From assembly GCA_951406725.2 (NCBI GenBank), contig OX597822.1, positions 3,038,001 to 3,102,000 on the forward strand: DNA of 64,000 bases. Direction: 5' to 3'. Source of the DNA: Octopus vulgaris (Eukaryota). The translations under genes were made by a program, and so were the position numbers. Within the stretch, counting starts at the first letter, position 1. Each line of letters starts with the position of its first letter. Below the pieces are notes generated by a model. That model was not told the DNA's origin, searched no databases, and saw nothing but the letters and a program-made list of their open reading frames with translations. Below are positions 1 to 13,161 of the stretch, in pieces.

Positions 1-837
1 AGATTTCTTGTTAGCATATCGGTCATAGTTCCAAGTATTTTATTTCCTCTCTTAGAAAATGTCTTTATTATATTCTACGAGATATATGCTTGTGTACATA
101 CGTGGAAATAATCATAATGTGTGTGTGTGTGTGTGTTCTTTTCGTACTTAAACATAACCCAGTGGCATTATGAAATGTATAAAGAACACTTATAAAGCGT
201 TATAGTACGAAGGGCTGAACAGAATACATTAGATATAACGTAAATATAGTAAAACAGTAGCTGCTTCAGATATTCAGTATCAGAAAAGTTTGTAGAGTAA
301 ATGTGTACGCTTTCACCGGAGGTGGAAGATCAGCACCCATTATCCTTTGCATGGGCTTCCAGAGCAAACTGTGTCTTATACATTATTACTATGTACTACT
401 TGAAGATTTTGAGTTGTCCGCACTCTGGAAACCTGGTCCGTATATTTTCCAATCGACTGGACTCTGCAAAAGGCCTAAAATTAATCCAATTAGCTAGTGG
501 TGGCGTTAAACCAGCCGGTATGCTAAATCTATGTAGTTTCGTCAATAGAATACGAAACCCGACCATCGTAGATATAATCCTTTCTCTTTTCAGTGATTAC
601 TCTACACATCTAAATAATAATATTTATAATAATGGTTTCAAATTTTACCACAATGGCTGCCATTTTGTGGGGAGGGGATATGACGACTACATCGACTCCA
701 GGTTTCACTGGTACTTAATTTATCGAACCCGAAAGGATGATAGGCAAAGTAGACCTCGGTGGAATTTGAACTCAGAACGTAGCGACGGGCGAAATACCAC
801 TAAGCATTTCGTCCAGCTTGCTGCATTGATGATGATG

Positions 838-903
<66 letters not shown>

Positions 904-1618
904 TTCCAAATTTGGCGCAGAGTCACCAAATTTGGGAAAGGGGCTGGGTCTAGTAAGTCAACCCCAGGGTTCAACTGGTACTTATTTTATCGACTCCGGC
1001 GGAATTTGAACTCAGAATGTAGAGACGGATGAAATGCTAGGCACTTACCCCGACGTGCTAACGATTCTGCCACTTCACCCATTATCCTTTCTTCTAAAGG
1101 CTCAAGGCCTGATTTTTTTTTTTTAGTGGAGACTACACGATTACTTGGAATCCCCTGTCTCACTGGTATTCAATTTATCGACACCCAAAGGATAAAAGGC
1201 AAAATCGAACTCGGTAGAATTCGACGAAATGCTCCTAAACATTTCGCCCGGCGTGCTAACGATTCTGCCAGCTCGCCGCTTTGATTATGATGATGATGAT
1301 GATGATGATGATGGTATTTTGTACTACAGACGCAGGGCCTGAAATTTCGGCTGTGGTCAGAGCTACTCGATTACATCAACTTCAATGAGCAACTAGTACT
1401 TATTTCATCGAAATGCTGCTGCTAAGAATTTTGCATGCTGGGTAAAATTCTTGGCGGCATTTCGTCCATCTTTACGTTCAGGCTTCAAATACCGTCGAGG
1501 TCAACTTTGTAGTTAGTTCATCCTTTCGAGGTCGATGAATCAAGTACGAGTGAAACACTGGTAAGATGTAATCGACTAACCTCCTCCCCCCAATTTCAAG
1601 CCTTGTGCCTATAGTAGA

Positions 1619-1661
<43 letters not shown>

Positions 1662-2204
1662 GTGTGAGAGAGCAGTGACACTGGGGTAAAGTAAACGAAG
1701 CCCAGTATACCCATCGTGACCACCCGTCTGACAAGGGTACACCAGGCACATGCATCACAACCATATGTGCGCCACATGGTGATCTCATATCAAGATAAAC
1801 AGCACATGACCTTGCAGGTGGGACCCAGTTAGAATTTTTCTTCTGGTCGAGTAGCCCGTCCCGCTCAAAAGGTCCCTGAATAACGGTTGTTTAAGGATGT
1901 TGAATGAAACACCCATGTTTCCATAGGTGAATTATTCAAACCCCAAAGAATCCATCTCAACACATGGCTACGATGCTCCCCCACTACTTCTGCTCGTGAT
2001 CAGAGATGCACATATCGTCAGCCACTAAGGGACATGCTCAACTGGTTACGGTCAAACAACTGACAAGCAAATCTGTGGTATTGAGCAGAATATTTGCTGT
2101 AGCCCATCTTTTATACTAAGACAAACCAACGTACATGATAACACTTTCAATCAGTTAAGATCAGAAGCCACGAGAGCCACTGCCTGGTACTGCATCAGGG
2201 CATT

Positions 2205-2205
<1 letters not shown>
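1662..2205 (-). mobile_element. ~550-bp non-coding interspersed element inserted in (AAT)n (copy 1)
   Basis: Highly similar to 42078-42630 (same orientation) and 5515-6075 (inverted); all are flanked by TAA/TAT repeats. Strand is assigned by assuming an (AAT)n tail. Confidence 0.85.
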
Positions 2206-2266
<61 letters not shown>

Positions 2267-3783
2267 GTTGTTATTATTACCTTATATTTCGTGATGTCCT
2301 ACGCAATCATGTATAAATCATTTCATGTTGCTGTTACTGCTCCTATTTGATCGTACGTCCTTATCCAGCAGATTCCTGATCAGCGGCATTTCGGTGGTAC
2401 CTATCCGAACAAACTTTCATCCAGTTATCTAGGCCTACAAGGATCACTGTGGTCTTTTGTAAAGTGGGTATGAAAGAAGTGGGATTTGACTGTTATTTCT
2501 TGCAAACTGAATGAAGATTGCTCAGTTGTTGGCACATAAATCGTTTCTTAATTCTGATAAGTATTTGGAATCGAATCGTGCAGGTAATTTCCACAGAAAT
2601 TATGAAACAATAACTTTATTCATTTATTTCTAAGCAGAGACACAAATACTTTTTAAAAGGCTTGTTTTGAGGTAGAATTACAATTCCGCTGACGAATTTC
2701 TGAGTCTATTAGTAGATCTACGGAGCTATTGTAATAGATTTAATCTATCACCCAGTTTAACACCTGCATCTCATTTAACCTATGGTTGCCATTAACAGAA
2801 TTCCCTTTGTAGCAAGTGGTCCGGCTAGGCCTCCTTTCTGAAAAAAAATCTTTCGTTTTTCTACCTACATCTACCCGTCCCGGAGGCACTGATAAGGATC
2901 ATAATTAAATGCAGTCTTTGTCCCTTGAATTAAACAAGTGAAATGTGTAAAATACAATGTTAAATATGCTTTATTTTGTTGCAAATACGTATCATGTAAG
3001 ATGCTGTTCGTCTATAATTCGGTGTAAAATTACTCACTCTGTGTATTATTTCACTTATGTATTTTATTTTGACAATATCAAGTGCAGAAATTTTCACTTA
3101 GCGTGTCTGTATCCCAGTGATACAAATGGTAACTGTATGACAAATTCGACAGCTCATATTTCTCTTCAACTCTTGAATCAAATTGTGTAACAGTGAATTT
3201 AAAATATTACAAAGGCGTAATAATTATAATAATTTACAATACAGAATTTACCTGTAAGGAAGGATTCACTTAAATTCACAGAAAATATATATTTATTCCA
3301 AGTTCATCTCTGTCAGCTTAATAACTGCATTATTACTATCGGATTATTAACTGAGTTTACGTAATTTTACAGTATTTATTGATAATAAATACTGTTTGTA
3401 AAATATGATAGCATCTGACTCGACACAGTGGATAAGTCGCATGTTTAGTTTTGACTTCTGTGAACTGTGATAATGAGAACATTATGTTTTTTCGGCGGGA
3501 GTACAATGAAAGTCATCGCTTGGATTAGGATGTTATTACGAAGTGGATTTTCATACCGGGAAATTTTTGTTAAAAAGCCTATATGAATGCAAAAATATTA
3601 TTTGACTCTTACATAACAGATGAACAGCGTAAAAGTTCAGATTGACCTCACTACCACGAGGCTAGGAAACGGATTAAAGAGGATTATAAGAGTACCGTAA
3701 TCAAAATAATGTGTAAGAATTGAACACCAAAGAATACGGAATGGAATACATAATCACATTATAGGAATGTAATCCATCTATCT

Positions 3784-3850
<67 letters not shown>

Positions 3851-4232
3851 TTTGTGTGTATACAAACACACACATGCATATGCACACACACACACACGCA
3901 CACAAACACATATATATGGAAGCGTGTGTATTTACAAAAGAGTATAATGGAATGTTACCAAGAGGTGGCGTTCGGAAAGATTATCAAGTTGATTAACATT
4001 TGAAGTATGATATATTAAAAGAAAGCGTGACATTTAAGAAAAGCACGAACTGGAATTTTTCAAGATTACAAAAAGGAAGTTTAGCCTCAAAAAAAAAAAA
4101 AATACACAAAATTAGTCTTGAAACGCATTTTAGTGTATAAAACGGATTACGTGGACAATTTAAAATGGATTTTTACTATATAGCTCAGCAGGATATGTAC
4201 ACAAAAATAATAATAACAATAATAAAATACAT

Positions 4233-4378
4233 AGGCGCAGGAGTGGCTGTGTGGTAAGTAGCTTGCTTACCAACCACATGGTTTCGGGTTCATTCCCAGT
4301 GCATGGCACCTTGGGCCGACCAAAGCCTTATGAGTGGATTTGGTAGTCAGAAACTGAAAGAAGACCATCGTATATATG

Positions 4379-4434
<56 letters not shown>

Positions 4435-4562
4435 CACTTTATTTATTTTTTTTTGTCTGCTGTATTCATATTTTTGGTAATTCTAGGTTTATAGCAGCTC
4501 AGTATATGATTAGGCAATGTGAAAAATAAATTCTTTGACATAATTCGTTATGTGATATATAT

Positions 4563-4628
<66 letters not shown>

Positions 4629-4857
4629 GCGTGTGTGTGTGTGTGTGTGTGCGTGTATGTGTGTGTATCTGTGTTTGTCCCCCCAACATCGCTTGACAAC
4701 CGATGGTGGTGTGTTTATGTAACCTAGCGGTTCGGGAAAAGAGACCGATAGAATAACTACCAGGCTTCCAAAGATTAAGTCCTGGGGGCGATTTGCCCGA
4801 CTAAAGGCGGTGCTCCAGCATGGCCGCAGTCAATTGACTGAAACAAGTAAAAGAGTA
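4233..4857 (+). mobile_element. tRNA-derived SINE family B with internal (TA)/(TG) microsatellite
   Basis: Head GGCGCAGGAGTGGCTGTGTGGTAAG..GGGTTCA, tail GGCGGTGCTCCAGCATGGCCGCAGTCAATTGACTGAAAC. Other copies at ~15925-16335(-), 17135-17449(-), 19345-19750(-) and 21893-22490(+). Confidence 0.85.
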
Positions 4858-5067
4858 CAACAAAACACCGACGTGGAAAACGTTATTAGTATTTTTTTTT
4901 TTTGAATTTACCAAAATACAAAATAATTCGTTGGCATCACATAACGAATTATGTCAAAGAATTTATTTTTCACGTTGCCTAATCATATACTGAGCTGCTA
5001 TAAACCTAGAATTACCAAAAATATGAATACAGCAGACAACAAAAAAAAAATAAATAAAGTGAAAATA
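4431..5067. repeat. Near-perfect ~126-bp inverted duplication (4431-4556 versus 4936-5067)
   Basis: Direct reverse-complement match with one substitution and a poly-T/A length difference. Confidence 0.9.
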
Positions 5068-5514
5068 CCGAACCGTCACTGAAATTCAAAATGGTGTACC
5101 CTGAAATTGTAAAATCACCAAAGCCACAAAATACAAGAAGAACTTTCGAAACTAAACAGTGGATTACAAATACCACATACCCGAATAGGAAAATTATGGA
5201 AGTTCCGTTAGAAAACGTACAGTTGGTTCACAAATTTTACAGTTTAACTACAATACACGGTAAATAGATTACGAAGAAATTATTTATATATCGAATATTT
5301 CATGACGGATAAATATATTCTTTTCTACTCTAGGCACAAGGCTGGAAATTTTCGGGAAGGGGGCTAGTCGATTACATCGACCCCAGTACTCAAGTGGTAC
5401 TTAATTTATCGACCCCGGATGGATGAAAGGCAAAGTCGACCTCAGTGGAATTTGAATTCAGAATGTAAAGACAGACGAAATGATAATAATAACAACAACA
5501 AAAACAACAATAAT

Positions 5515-6075
5515 AAATGCCCTGATTCAATACCAGGTACTGAATGTCATGGCTATTGACCTTAACTGATTGGAAGCGTTATCATGTACAATGTTTTGTC
5601 TTGGCATAAAGGATGGACTGCAGCTAATATTCTTGCTCAATACCACAGATTTGCTTCTCAGTTCTTTGATCTTAACCAGTTCAGTATGACCCTTAGTGGT
5701 TAACGATATGTGCAACTCTGATCACGAGCAGAAGTAGTGGGGGAGCATCGTATCCATGTGTTGAGAGGGATTCTTTGGGGTTTGAATAATTCACCTTTGA
5801 AAACATGGGTGTTTCATTCATCATCTTTAAACAATCCTTATTCAGGGACCTTTTGAGTGAGATGGGCTACTCGACCTGAAGAAAAATTCTAACTGAGCCC
5901 GACCTACAAGGTCATGCGCTGTTTATCTTGATATGGGATCACCATATCGCGCACATATGGTTGTAATGCATGTGCGTGATGTACCCTTATCAGACGGGCA
6001 GTCATGATGGATATTTTGGGCTTCGTATATTTGTATCCCTGTGTCACTTGGATGTCATGCGCTGCTCCTTCACTC
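5515..6075 (+). mobile_element. ~550-bp (AAT)n-targeted element (copy 2, more diverged)
   Basis: Starts AAATGCCCTGAT.., ends ..CTCACTCATTAATAGTAATAAT; reverse complement of copies 1 and 3. Confidence 0.85.
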
Positions 6076-6079
6076 ATTA

Positions 6080-6156
<77 letters not shown>

Positions 6157-6157
<1 letters not shown>

Positions 6158-6370
6158 TCTGGTTTATTGGCCACAAGGGCTAACAAAATCAATTAAAACA
6201 TGTAGGGACAAATACAGCACGAAAGTTACAAAAAGGGTTTTGTCCGTTTGAAAAGAAGTCCGTGTAAAAAATGTGAAATAACAACGAAAATATGTAACAA
6301 TTAAAACTCCCAATGGGGGGAGGCGCTTGGAAAGGTTACTCTTGGAAAAACCCATAAGAGCCACGGGAGC
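6157..6370 (-). mobile_element. 3' UTR of a non-LTR element ending AGCCCTTGTGGCCAATAAA + (TTA)n
   Basis: The same terminus occurs at 13811-13835 (+), again followed by (TAT)n. Confidence 0.55.
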
Positions 6371-6372
6371 CA

Positions 6373-7230
6373 AAATCTAAAACAATATCTGTCATCATAG
6401 GTGTCCTAGGAATGATAGCAAAAGGGGCTGATTGCTACCTCGCTCAGATACCAGGAAATCTAAAAATGGAAGAAATTCAATAAATAGTGTTCATGGGAAC
6501 TTCTCATATCCTACGTAAAATATTGTCCATATAATCCCCAAAACATTTTAATCTGTAAAGAATGTTAACAAACTTGTAAATGTGCATAATAGCAAACACC
6601 TTTTACTGACATCTTAACAGGACAGACACTATCATCTTATAATCAAATGTTTTGGGAGATATTCTCATGAACAATACTCGGTGCAAAACCAAATATATGG
6701 CACCCTAGTCATAATATCAACTTAAACTTCTAACTTGTTCTCTCTTGAGGTCTGTGGGTGTGGAGGCACATGGCCTAGTGGTTAAGGCAGCGGACTCGCG
6801 GTCGAGGGATCAATGGTTCGAATCTCAGATCGGGCTATGTGTGTGTTTATGAGCGAAACACCTAAGCTCCACGCAGCTCCGGCAGAAGGTAATGGCGAAC
6901 TTCTGTTGACTCTTTCGCCACAACTTTCTCTCACTCCTTCCTGCATCTTGTACCTCACCTGCGACGGACCAGCGTCCCGTCCAGGTGGGGAACCTATACG
7001 CCAAAGAAACCGTAAAACCGTAAACAGAGGTCTGTGGGTGAGACTTGGATTCAACTTGTACAAATTTGCTTATGTTTTGGGAGATATTCTCTTGAAGAAT
7101 ACTCGGTGTAAAACCAAATATATGGCACCCTAGTTTTAATATCAACTTAAACTTCTAACTTGTTATCTCTTGAGGTCTGTGGGTGAGACATGGAGTCAAC
7201 CTGTACAAATACAAAGCAAAAGGCAAATAT
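6373..7230 (+). mobile_element. 3' end of an R4/Dong-like (restriction-like endonuclease) non-LTR retrotransposon, pseudogenised, with tandemly duplicated 3' UTR
   Basis: Reads KSKTISVIIGVLGMIAKGADCYLAQIPGNLKMEEIQ*IVFMGTSHILRKILSI*, the typical RLE-clade C-terminus. The 3' UTR unit at 6648-6760 is repeated at 7074-7184. Ends at TAA repeats. Confidence 0.7.
6761..7026 (+). mobile_element. tRNA-derived SINE family C inserted in the Dong-like 3' UTR, 14-bp TSD
   Basis: A-box TGGCCTAGTGGTTAAGG, B-box GGTTCGAATCT; TSD GAGGTCTGTGGGTG at 6747-60 and 7027-40. Confidence 0.85.
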
Positions 7231-7627
7231 GTAATAATGATAATCATAATAATTCTTTCTAAGTTTGGAACAAGGCCAGCAATTTTTAAAGGAAGGGGCA
7301 TATCGATTACATCGATCTGCAACCAGCGCTTTGGCTTCTACTTATTTTATCGACACCGAAAAGATGAAAGTCAAAGTGAATCGCGTCGGAATTCGAACGT
7401 AGAACGTAAACTGCCAAATAGAAATGCCGTTAGGCATTTTATCCATCGCAGCTGGCAACTGTGTCTTTTAGTGTGAGGGAACCTTTACACTCGTGTGAGA
7501 GCAACTCAACAATAATGTATACGAGTGTGAGTTTGAGTAACTATTCTTCTTCTCTTTGTGAAGTGACACAGTGACAGTTGTAATACATGCAGCTAGAAGA
7601 ACAGAACAAAAAGAGCATCACTATTGC

Positions 7628-7658
<31 letters not shown>

Positions 7659-7782
7659 TCGGCAATAGCAGCAACAACAATGCAGAGTGCAACGGAATTG
7701 ATAAGAGAAAGTGCAACAAGAGCATCCAGTTGGTGATAAATGGGTCGAGTGTTCTTCTGAAAGCTATCCACAATTGGTCGAT

Positions 7783-8138
7783 CTTCCTTTTCTTCATTTC
7801 TTTCTTTCTGTCTTTCTCTCTCTCTCTCTTTCTTTCTTTATTTCTTCATTTCTTTGTTTGTTTGTTTCTTTCTTTCTTTTTTCTTTATCTTTCTTTCCTT
7901 CTTACTTTCTTCATTTCTTTCTTTCTTTATCTTTCTTTCCTTCCTTCTTTCCTTCTTCATTTGTTTCTTTCTTCTCTCTCTCTCTCTCTCCTTTCTTTCT
8001 TTCTTTCTTTCTTTCTTTCTCTCTCTCTCTTTCTTTATTTCTTTCTTTCTTTATTTCTTTCTCTCTCTCTTTCTTTCTCTTTCTTTCTTTGTTTCTTTCC
8101 TTCTTTCATTCTTTTTTCTTTCTTTATTTCTATCTCTT

Positions 8139-8171
<33 letters not shown>

Positions 8172-8258
8172 TTCTTTTTTTCTTTCTCTCTCTCTTTCTT
8201 TCTTTCTTTCTCTCTTTCTCTCTCTCTCTCTCTCTTTCTTTCTCCCTTTCTTTCTTTC
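7783..8258 (+). repeat. Long polypyrimidine (TCTT/CT)n tract
   Basis: About 470 bp almost purely C/T. Confidence 0.9.
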
Positions 8259-8758
8259 TATACAAATGTTTCAAGAGATTTAGCAGCGATTTTAAAGTGC
8301 AACATTTGCACTTCAGCATTTTACATGCAACGCTCAAAATAACAACAGCCGCAGCAACAACAACAATCACAACAACATTATTTATCTAACAACAACAAAA
8401 ACACACAAGGCTGTGTTTGAACTGGAGACAATAACATCGACATTTATACAACCAGTTTTTTTTTTTGCTTTTCTTTCCGCTTGTTGTTGTTGCTGCTGTT
8501 GCTGTTGTTGTTGTTCCTGCTGCATAAATTTGTCAGCCATGATGGCGTAGAACTGTGATCGAAAATATTACAGTCGTGATCATCATGTCTTTTTCTATTT
8601 TTCTTCCTTCCTTTCTTTCCTTCTTTCTTTCTTCATTTCTTTCTTTATCTTCAACAATTTTTACTTTCTAATTTCATGACATCAGAGTAGGGTCTAATTC
8701 CAGAGAGATTTAGTTGATATTTCTAGCAGGTCGAATGACGATATAGTTTTATTTGTAA

Positions 8759-9132
8759 CTAGCAGTATCGCCCGGTGCTGCTCGGGTTTGTTTCGACCCT
8801 TTAGAATTGGAATTTTTGAAAAGTAAAAATTTTGCATTATGTAGCTTGTTATTCTCTTTAAGTGGACATTTTTCTGGTTGAAATACACCGAAAATGGCGA
8901 CACAGCAGTCAAAAAATCATTAAAAAATAGGGATTTTCATAGATGTAAATAATTTTTGGGGTTAACATGGTTCGATTTGAATTTTTTCTTCTACGGAAGG
9001 AAGAGCAAGCCTTCTTCTATCATACTCTCGATTTTGGTCAACTTGTGGCGCAGGGTCTCAGAGGAGATAATGTTAGTTGAAGGCTACCAAACCTGCCATA
9101 CACAGACAACTTCAGCTTTATATATATAGAGA
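8759..9132 (-). mobile_element. Non-autonomous Helitron
   Basis: Minus strand starts A|TC-TCTATATATATAAAGC and ends with the GC-rich hairpin CCCGAGCAGCACCGGG, an 8-nt spacer, then CTAG|T. Inserted at AT with no TSD. Confidence 0.8.
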
Positions 9133-9789
9133 TTTTTCTTTTTTCCTTTTTAAAACTTTTTGACGATAGTAATATGCTATGTTTTTGCAGTTTGAAATGA
9201 GTAGTTGTGATGTTCATGCCAGAACAAGGATATTACCGGCAAAAATGTAGTAAGCTTGTATTTGTATACGGTTTCCATTTTCATTTCTCAACTAAGCAAT
9301 TACCTTGGATCCCATCACACATTCTCCCTACTTTAATAATAACACCAGCAACATGAGATTTTTACTGCAGCACTGAATCTATGTTGTTAGTTGATCCCAA
9401 TAACAGAATAATACTAGAACTATTTATTAACTTCAAGGGGTTGATGATGATGTTGCGGCTGCTGTTGTTGTCTTCTTCTTCTTCCAATCAGGACTCACGC
9501 CATTAGCCACAAAGAATAATCTCTCATTCGAGAAAGTTGTGGTGAAAGAGTACAGCGGGGTTCACCACCCCTCCCCGCCGAGGCTCGTGGAGTTGTGGTG
9601 TTTTTGCTCAATAAACACTCACAATGCCCGGTCTGGGAATTGAAACCGCGTTCTTACGACCGCGAGTCCGCTGCCCTAACCACTGGGACATTGAGCCTCC
9701 ACTGCTGCTGTTGTTCTTGTTGTTGAGGTGTAGCTTCTGGTCATCTGTGAACAGGCAGTACTCAAATGTTACGCACTTGGCCGAAAGAC

Positions 9790-10430
9790 GCGATGCGATT
9801 ATTCCCAGAACCCTTCCCCAGTAATACTCTCAACCCATCCAACCTGGGGCACCACTTCGCTTTCCAGCATGCTGTGCTAAATCGTATTGAGGAGTAACCC
9901 GACATTCTGAATATATTGTTCTCTCTCCAGTATCAAGTGTATTACAGTATGGTCGTAGATTTTTTTGGTAGCCACGGAACAGAACAGCAAAATGGACTTA
10001 GGGTATAAGCAAATTCCCTTTTCTGTTGCTATTTATCTGCATTTGTTGATGGTGGTATGTATCCCCGAACAGTGTTGGGGACCAGTAGGGTATAAATGAT
10101 GTGACTGCTTCTGTGCGTATGGACAGAGAGAGGTTTTGTTTGTTTAAATTGAGTTGGAAATTTAGTGTGTTTGGGATATTGTTTTTGTAATATTCGAGGG
10201 TGTTGTGAATGTGCCTGGGAGTTTGGAGGGGGTTGTTTTCATAGCAGAGACTCTCAGAGATTGACGGTCGAGAGCTACAATCTGTTCTCTTCTCATCCGG
10301 TAGTTTTATATTTTCAGTGTTTTTGTTTCGTAATCCATAGGTGTGTTCTATAAACAAGCTGTTGCGCGTTAATCTTACGTAGTTTGTAGTTATTATCCAT
10401 TGTAATCTTTTCTAGAGACATCTATATTAG
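9790..10430 (-). mobile_element. Probable degenerate LINE ORF2 C-terminal fragment
   Basis: The minus strand is purine/A-rich and coding-like, with relic (C)PYCNTLDT..ECR resembling the C-terminal cysteine knuckle of APE-type LINEs; heavily decayed. Confidence 0.35.
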
Positions 10431-11196
10431 TTTGCACATGTCTCTGTCTGTCTGTTTCTCATAAGACAGTGGATAAAGGCAATAAGTAATGCAGTGCTGC
10501 CACCTAGATGTCTTGTGTCGCTCTCATGATCCGAAAATTCTACGTTCTCGGGCGTTGCGTTGTGCTCTTGAGCGAAACACTTCATTTCAAATTGCTCTGG
10601 ACAACTCATCTGGTAAAAATTAATAATTCCGCGACGGATTGGCGTCCTGTCACGGAGGGGAGAATCTACGTCACAGAATTCGGGAAACCGGCGTTGTAAG
10701 CGTGGATTGTTTATTTCACACGTCATGAAATGCCTGTGCTTAGATTTGAAACAAGTTTGACTTTGATATAGACTTTGAGATAGACTTTGATACACAGACA
10801 CCCATTCATGTATGGGTAAATCAAAAATAAAAGCAGGCAAAATGTCAAAAGAACTTACACAGTGAACGTCCTAGATTGACACTGAGAGAAAGTTAAAGAT
10901 GGAATAAAAAGAGTGGGGTGTAATAACTCGAGCATTGTTCTTTGTTAAAAAGAGGAAAAGGTCCAGAACAAGAAAAAAAAAAAATCCGAGAAAAGCAGTT
11001 GCGTCGTTCCACGGTGGGCTTTTTTTCTGGTCAGGGGATTTAGTAGAAAACACCTGCTCAAGGTGACATGCAGTAGGACTGAACCTGGAATCATGTGACC
11101 GGGAAGCAAAACTTCTTTCTACACAGACATGCCTTTGTCTATAAATAGTTATATATTATAGTTGATGTAGTTATTTTGAGAGAGAGAGGGAGAGAA

Positions 11197-11229
<33 letters not shown>

Positions 11230-11769
11230 AATAGAGAGAGATTGACAAATATATAAGTATGCCTCGTTTGAGTGTGTAATGTTTGCATGCGTTCATATAG
11301 AATACAAAAGTAGGAAAATAATTAGAATCCCTCAGAACTGGAAATGGTCTGAGAGAGGAAACCTCGAATACGCCAGTATGCCGTGACGAGAAATGATTGG
11401 CGACGTTCGTTTGCATCCGTTGCACCATTTGTCTAATATACAGTTAGCTTTAACACAAAGTCAGTAAATATTACAAGACCGAAGAAAAAGACCGACAAAT
11501 TGCTGCTAAAAGATATTTTCTTTTGCTCGTTTCTTTCATTGGACTGCGGCCATTCTAGGGCACCATCTTGGATTGTTTTAGTCGAACGAATCGGCCCCAG
11601 TACTGATTTTTTATGGTATTTATTCTATCTGATATTTATTCTATCTGCTTCTATTGCCGAACCGCTAAGTTACGAAGACGTACACAAACCAACACCGTTT
11701 GTCCACTCAATACGCCAGCTGAGTTCAGTTCATCTTTGGTCGAAAGACGCCTGTTGCTGTGTCCTGTTC

Positions 11770-11835
<66 letters not shown>

Positions 11836-11837
<2 letters not shown>

Positions 11838-12045
11838 TAGTTTTATTTTTATAGCGTGCTTTCACTTCACTACCGAGCGCAGCTCTGTGTGCCTTGGGTA
11901 TGTGCTGTGATTTGTTGTGATGCTCTGATGGTTATTGTATAGAAAGTGTTCTGCGTAGGATGTGTGCAGTGCCTAGTAGTGCAATTTTCTGTATGTTATA
12001 TGTGTTTGTAAGTCCTGGTGTTTTTGTTATGTATTTGTCTGAATA

Positions 12046-12048
<3 letters not shown>
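11836..12048 (-). mobile_element. 5'-truncated R4/Dong-like retrotransposon 3' end inserted in (TAA)n
   Basis: Minus strand reads KYSDKYITKTPGLTNTYNIQKIALLGTAHILRRTLSIQ*, followed by a short 3' UTR; (TAT)n on both sides. Confidence 0.75.
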
Positions 12049-12097
<49 letters not shown>

Positions 12098-12411
12098 GTT
12101 GTTGTTGTTTTGTTTTTTTATTTATATTCGTATTATTATTTTTTTTTTTGCATTTATATTCGTGTAACTTCGTCCGTTTTTCTGTCCTTGTTTCGTACAC
12201 ATTCGATCCTTTTCCTGAGGAATCTAATGCTCTTAGCTTAGTTTTTCCTTGGGGCTGGCCAAATTGGAGCAATCTCAAGATTAATCAGCCGAAATTGCGA
12301 GGATGATCCGGTTCTTGACTGAAGATTAGAGACTTCGAATGACCCGTCCATGTTTTTTGTATCGTCTATTTGAATGTTTTGCGTTCTTGTCCCATTTTGT
12401 ATTTTATATAT

Positions 12412-12444
<33 letters not shown>

Positions 12445-13103
12445 CATAAACTTACTTGGAGAACAGAAAAGAAACGACACGACGCGAGGGCGCTCAGTCA
12501 TGCAATAAATTAATAAATAAAATATATGCATACATACATACATACATATATGTACGTACCTACATCTACATGTATATATACATGCATATATAAATATAAT
12601 ATGTGAGTACAGGACACCACAAATAGACGTAGAACTCAACGAGAAACGAAAACGTAAAGACAAACATGGAAACGAACTTTTTTTAACAACGAAAAAACAG
12701 GGTACACGACAAACAATACAAGGAAAATTCCCCTTCATCAGCTGTCCCTAGTTCGACTCCATGCGTGTTTCGAAGGTAAGGACAGAACACGCCCTTCCTG
12801 CGAAAGAATTAAATAAAATTCCTTTGCAGAGGGGTAAAAACAAGGAAAGAAAAAATGTGACAAAAACTGGACGTAAAAACAATACAAATAAAAAAACAAA
12901 TACAAACTAAAAATACAAATACAAAAAAATACAGTACAAGTAAAGAATAAAAACAGGACAAGGAAACAAACATTGAGAGCCTTTTTTTAGCCTAGACGAT
13001 GGAAAAATTCAAGAGCGCAGGAAAAAAGCTTTAACCACTGGACCATTGCACCTCCACACACACACACATATATGTTTCTCTCCTTATTTTTTTCGTAAAC
13101 TCT

Positions 13104-13161
<58 letters not shown>

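Noticed and set aside
301-1032. 243-aa ORF
   Set aside because: Runs through antisense SINE copies and an (ATA)n tract; no recognisable domain
6761-6835. tRNA-like sequences here and at 18820-18890, 44203-44275 and 59799-59870
   Set aside because: SINE heads with A/B boxes that continue into SINE bodies; no intact cloverleaf
12245-12350. GGCTG..CAGCC-GAAA and CTGAAGA..CGAA motifs
   Set aside because: The core halves are not in a compatible arrangement
12600-12990. Minus-strand CCTTCGAAAC...GTC...CTGATGAAGG suggesting a type-II hammerhead
   Set aside because: Stems I and III do not pair convincingly; probably a Penelope-like repeat, but the fold is unsupported in this copy
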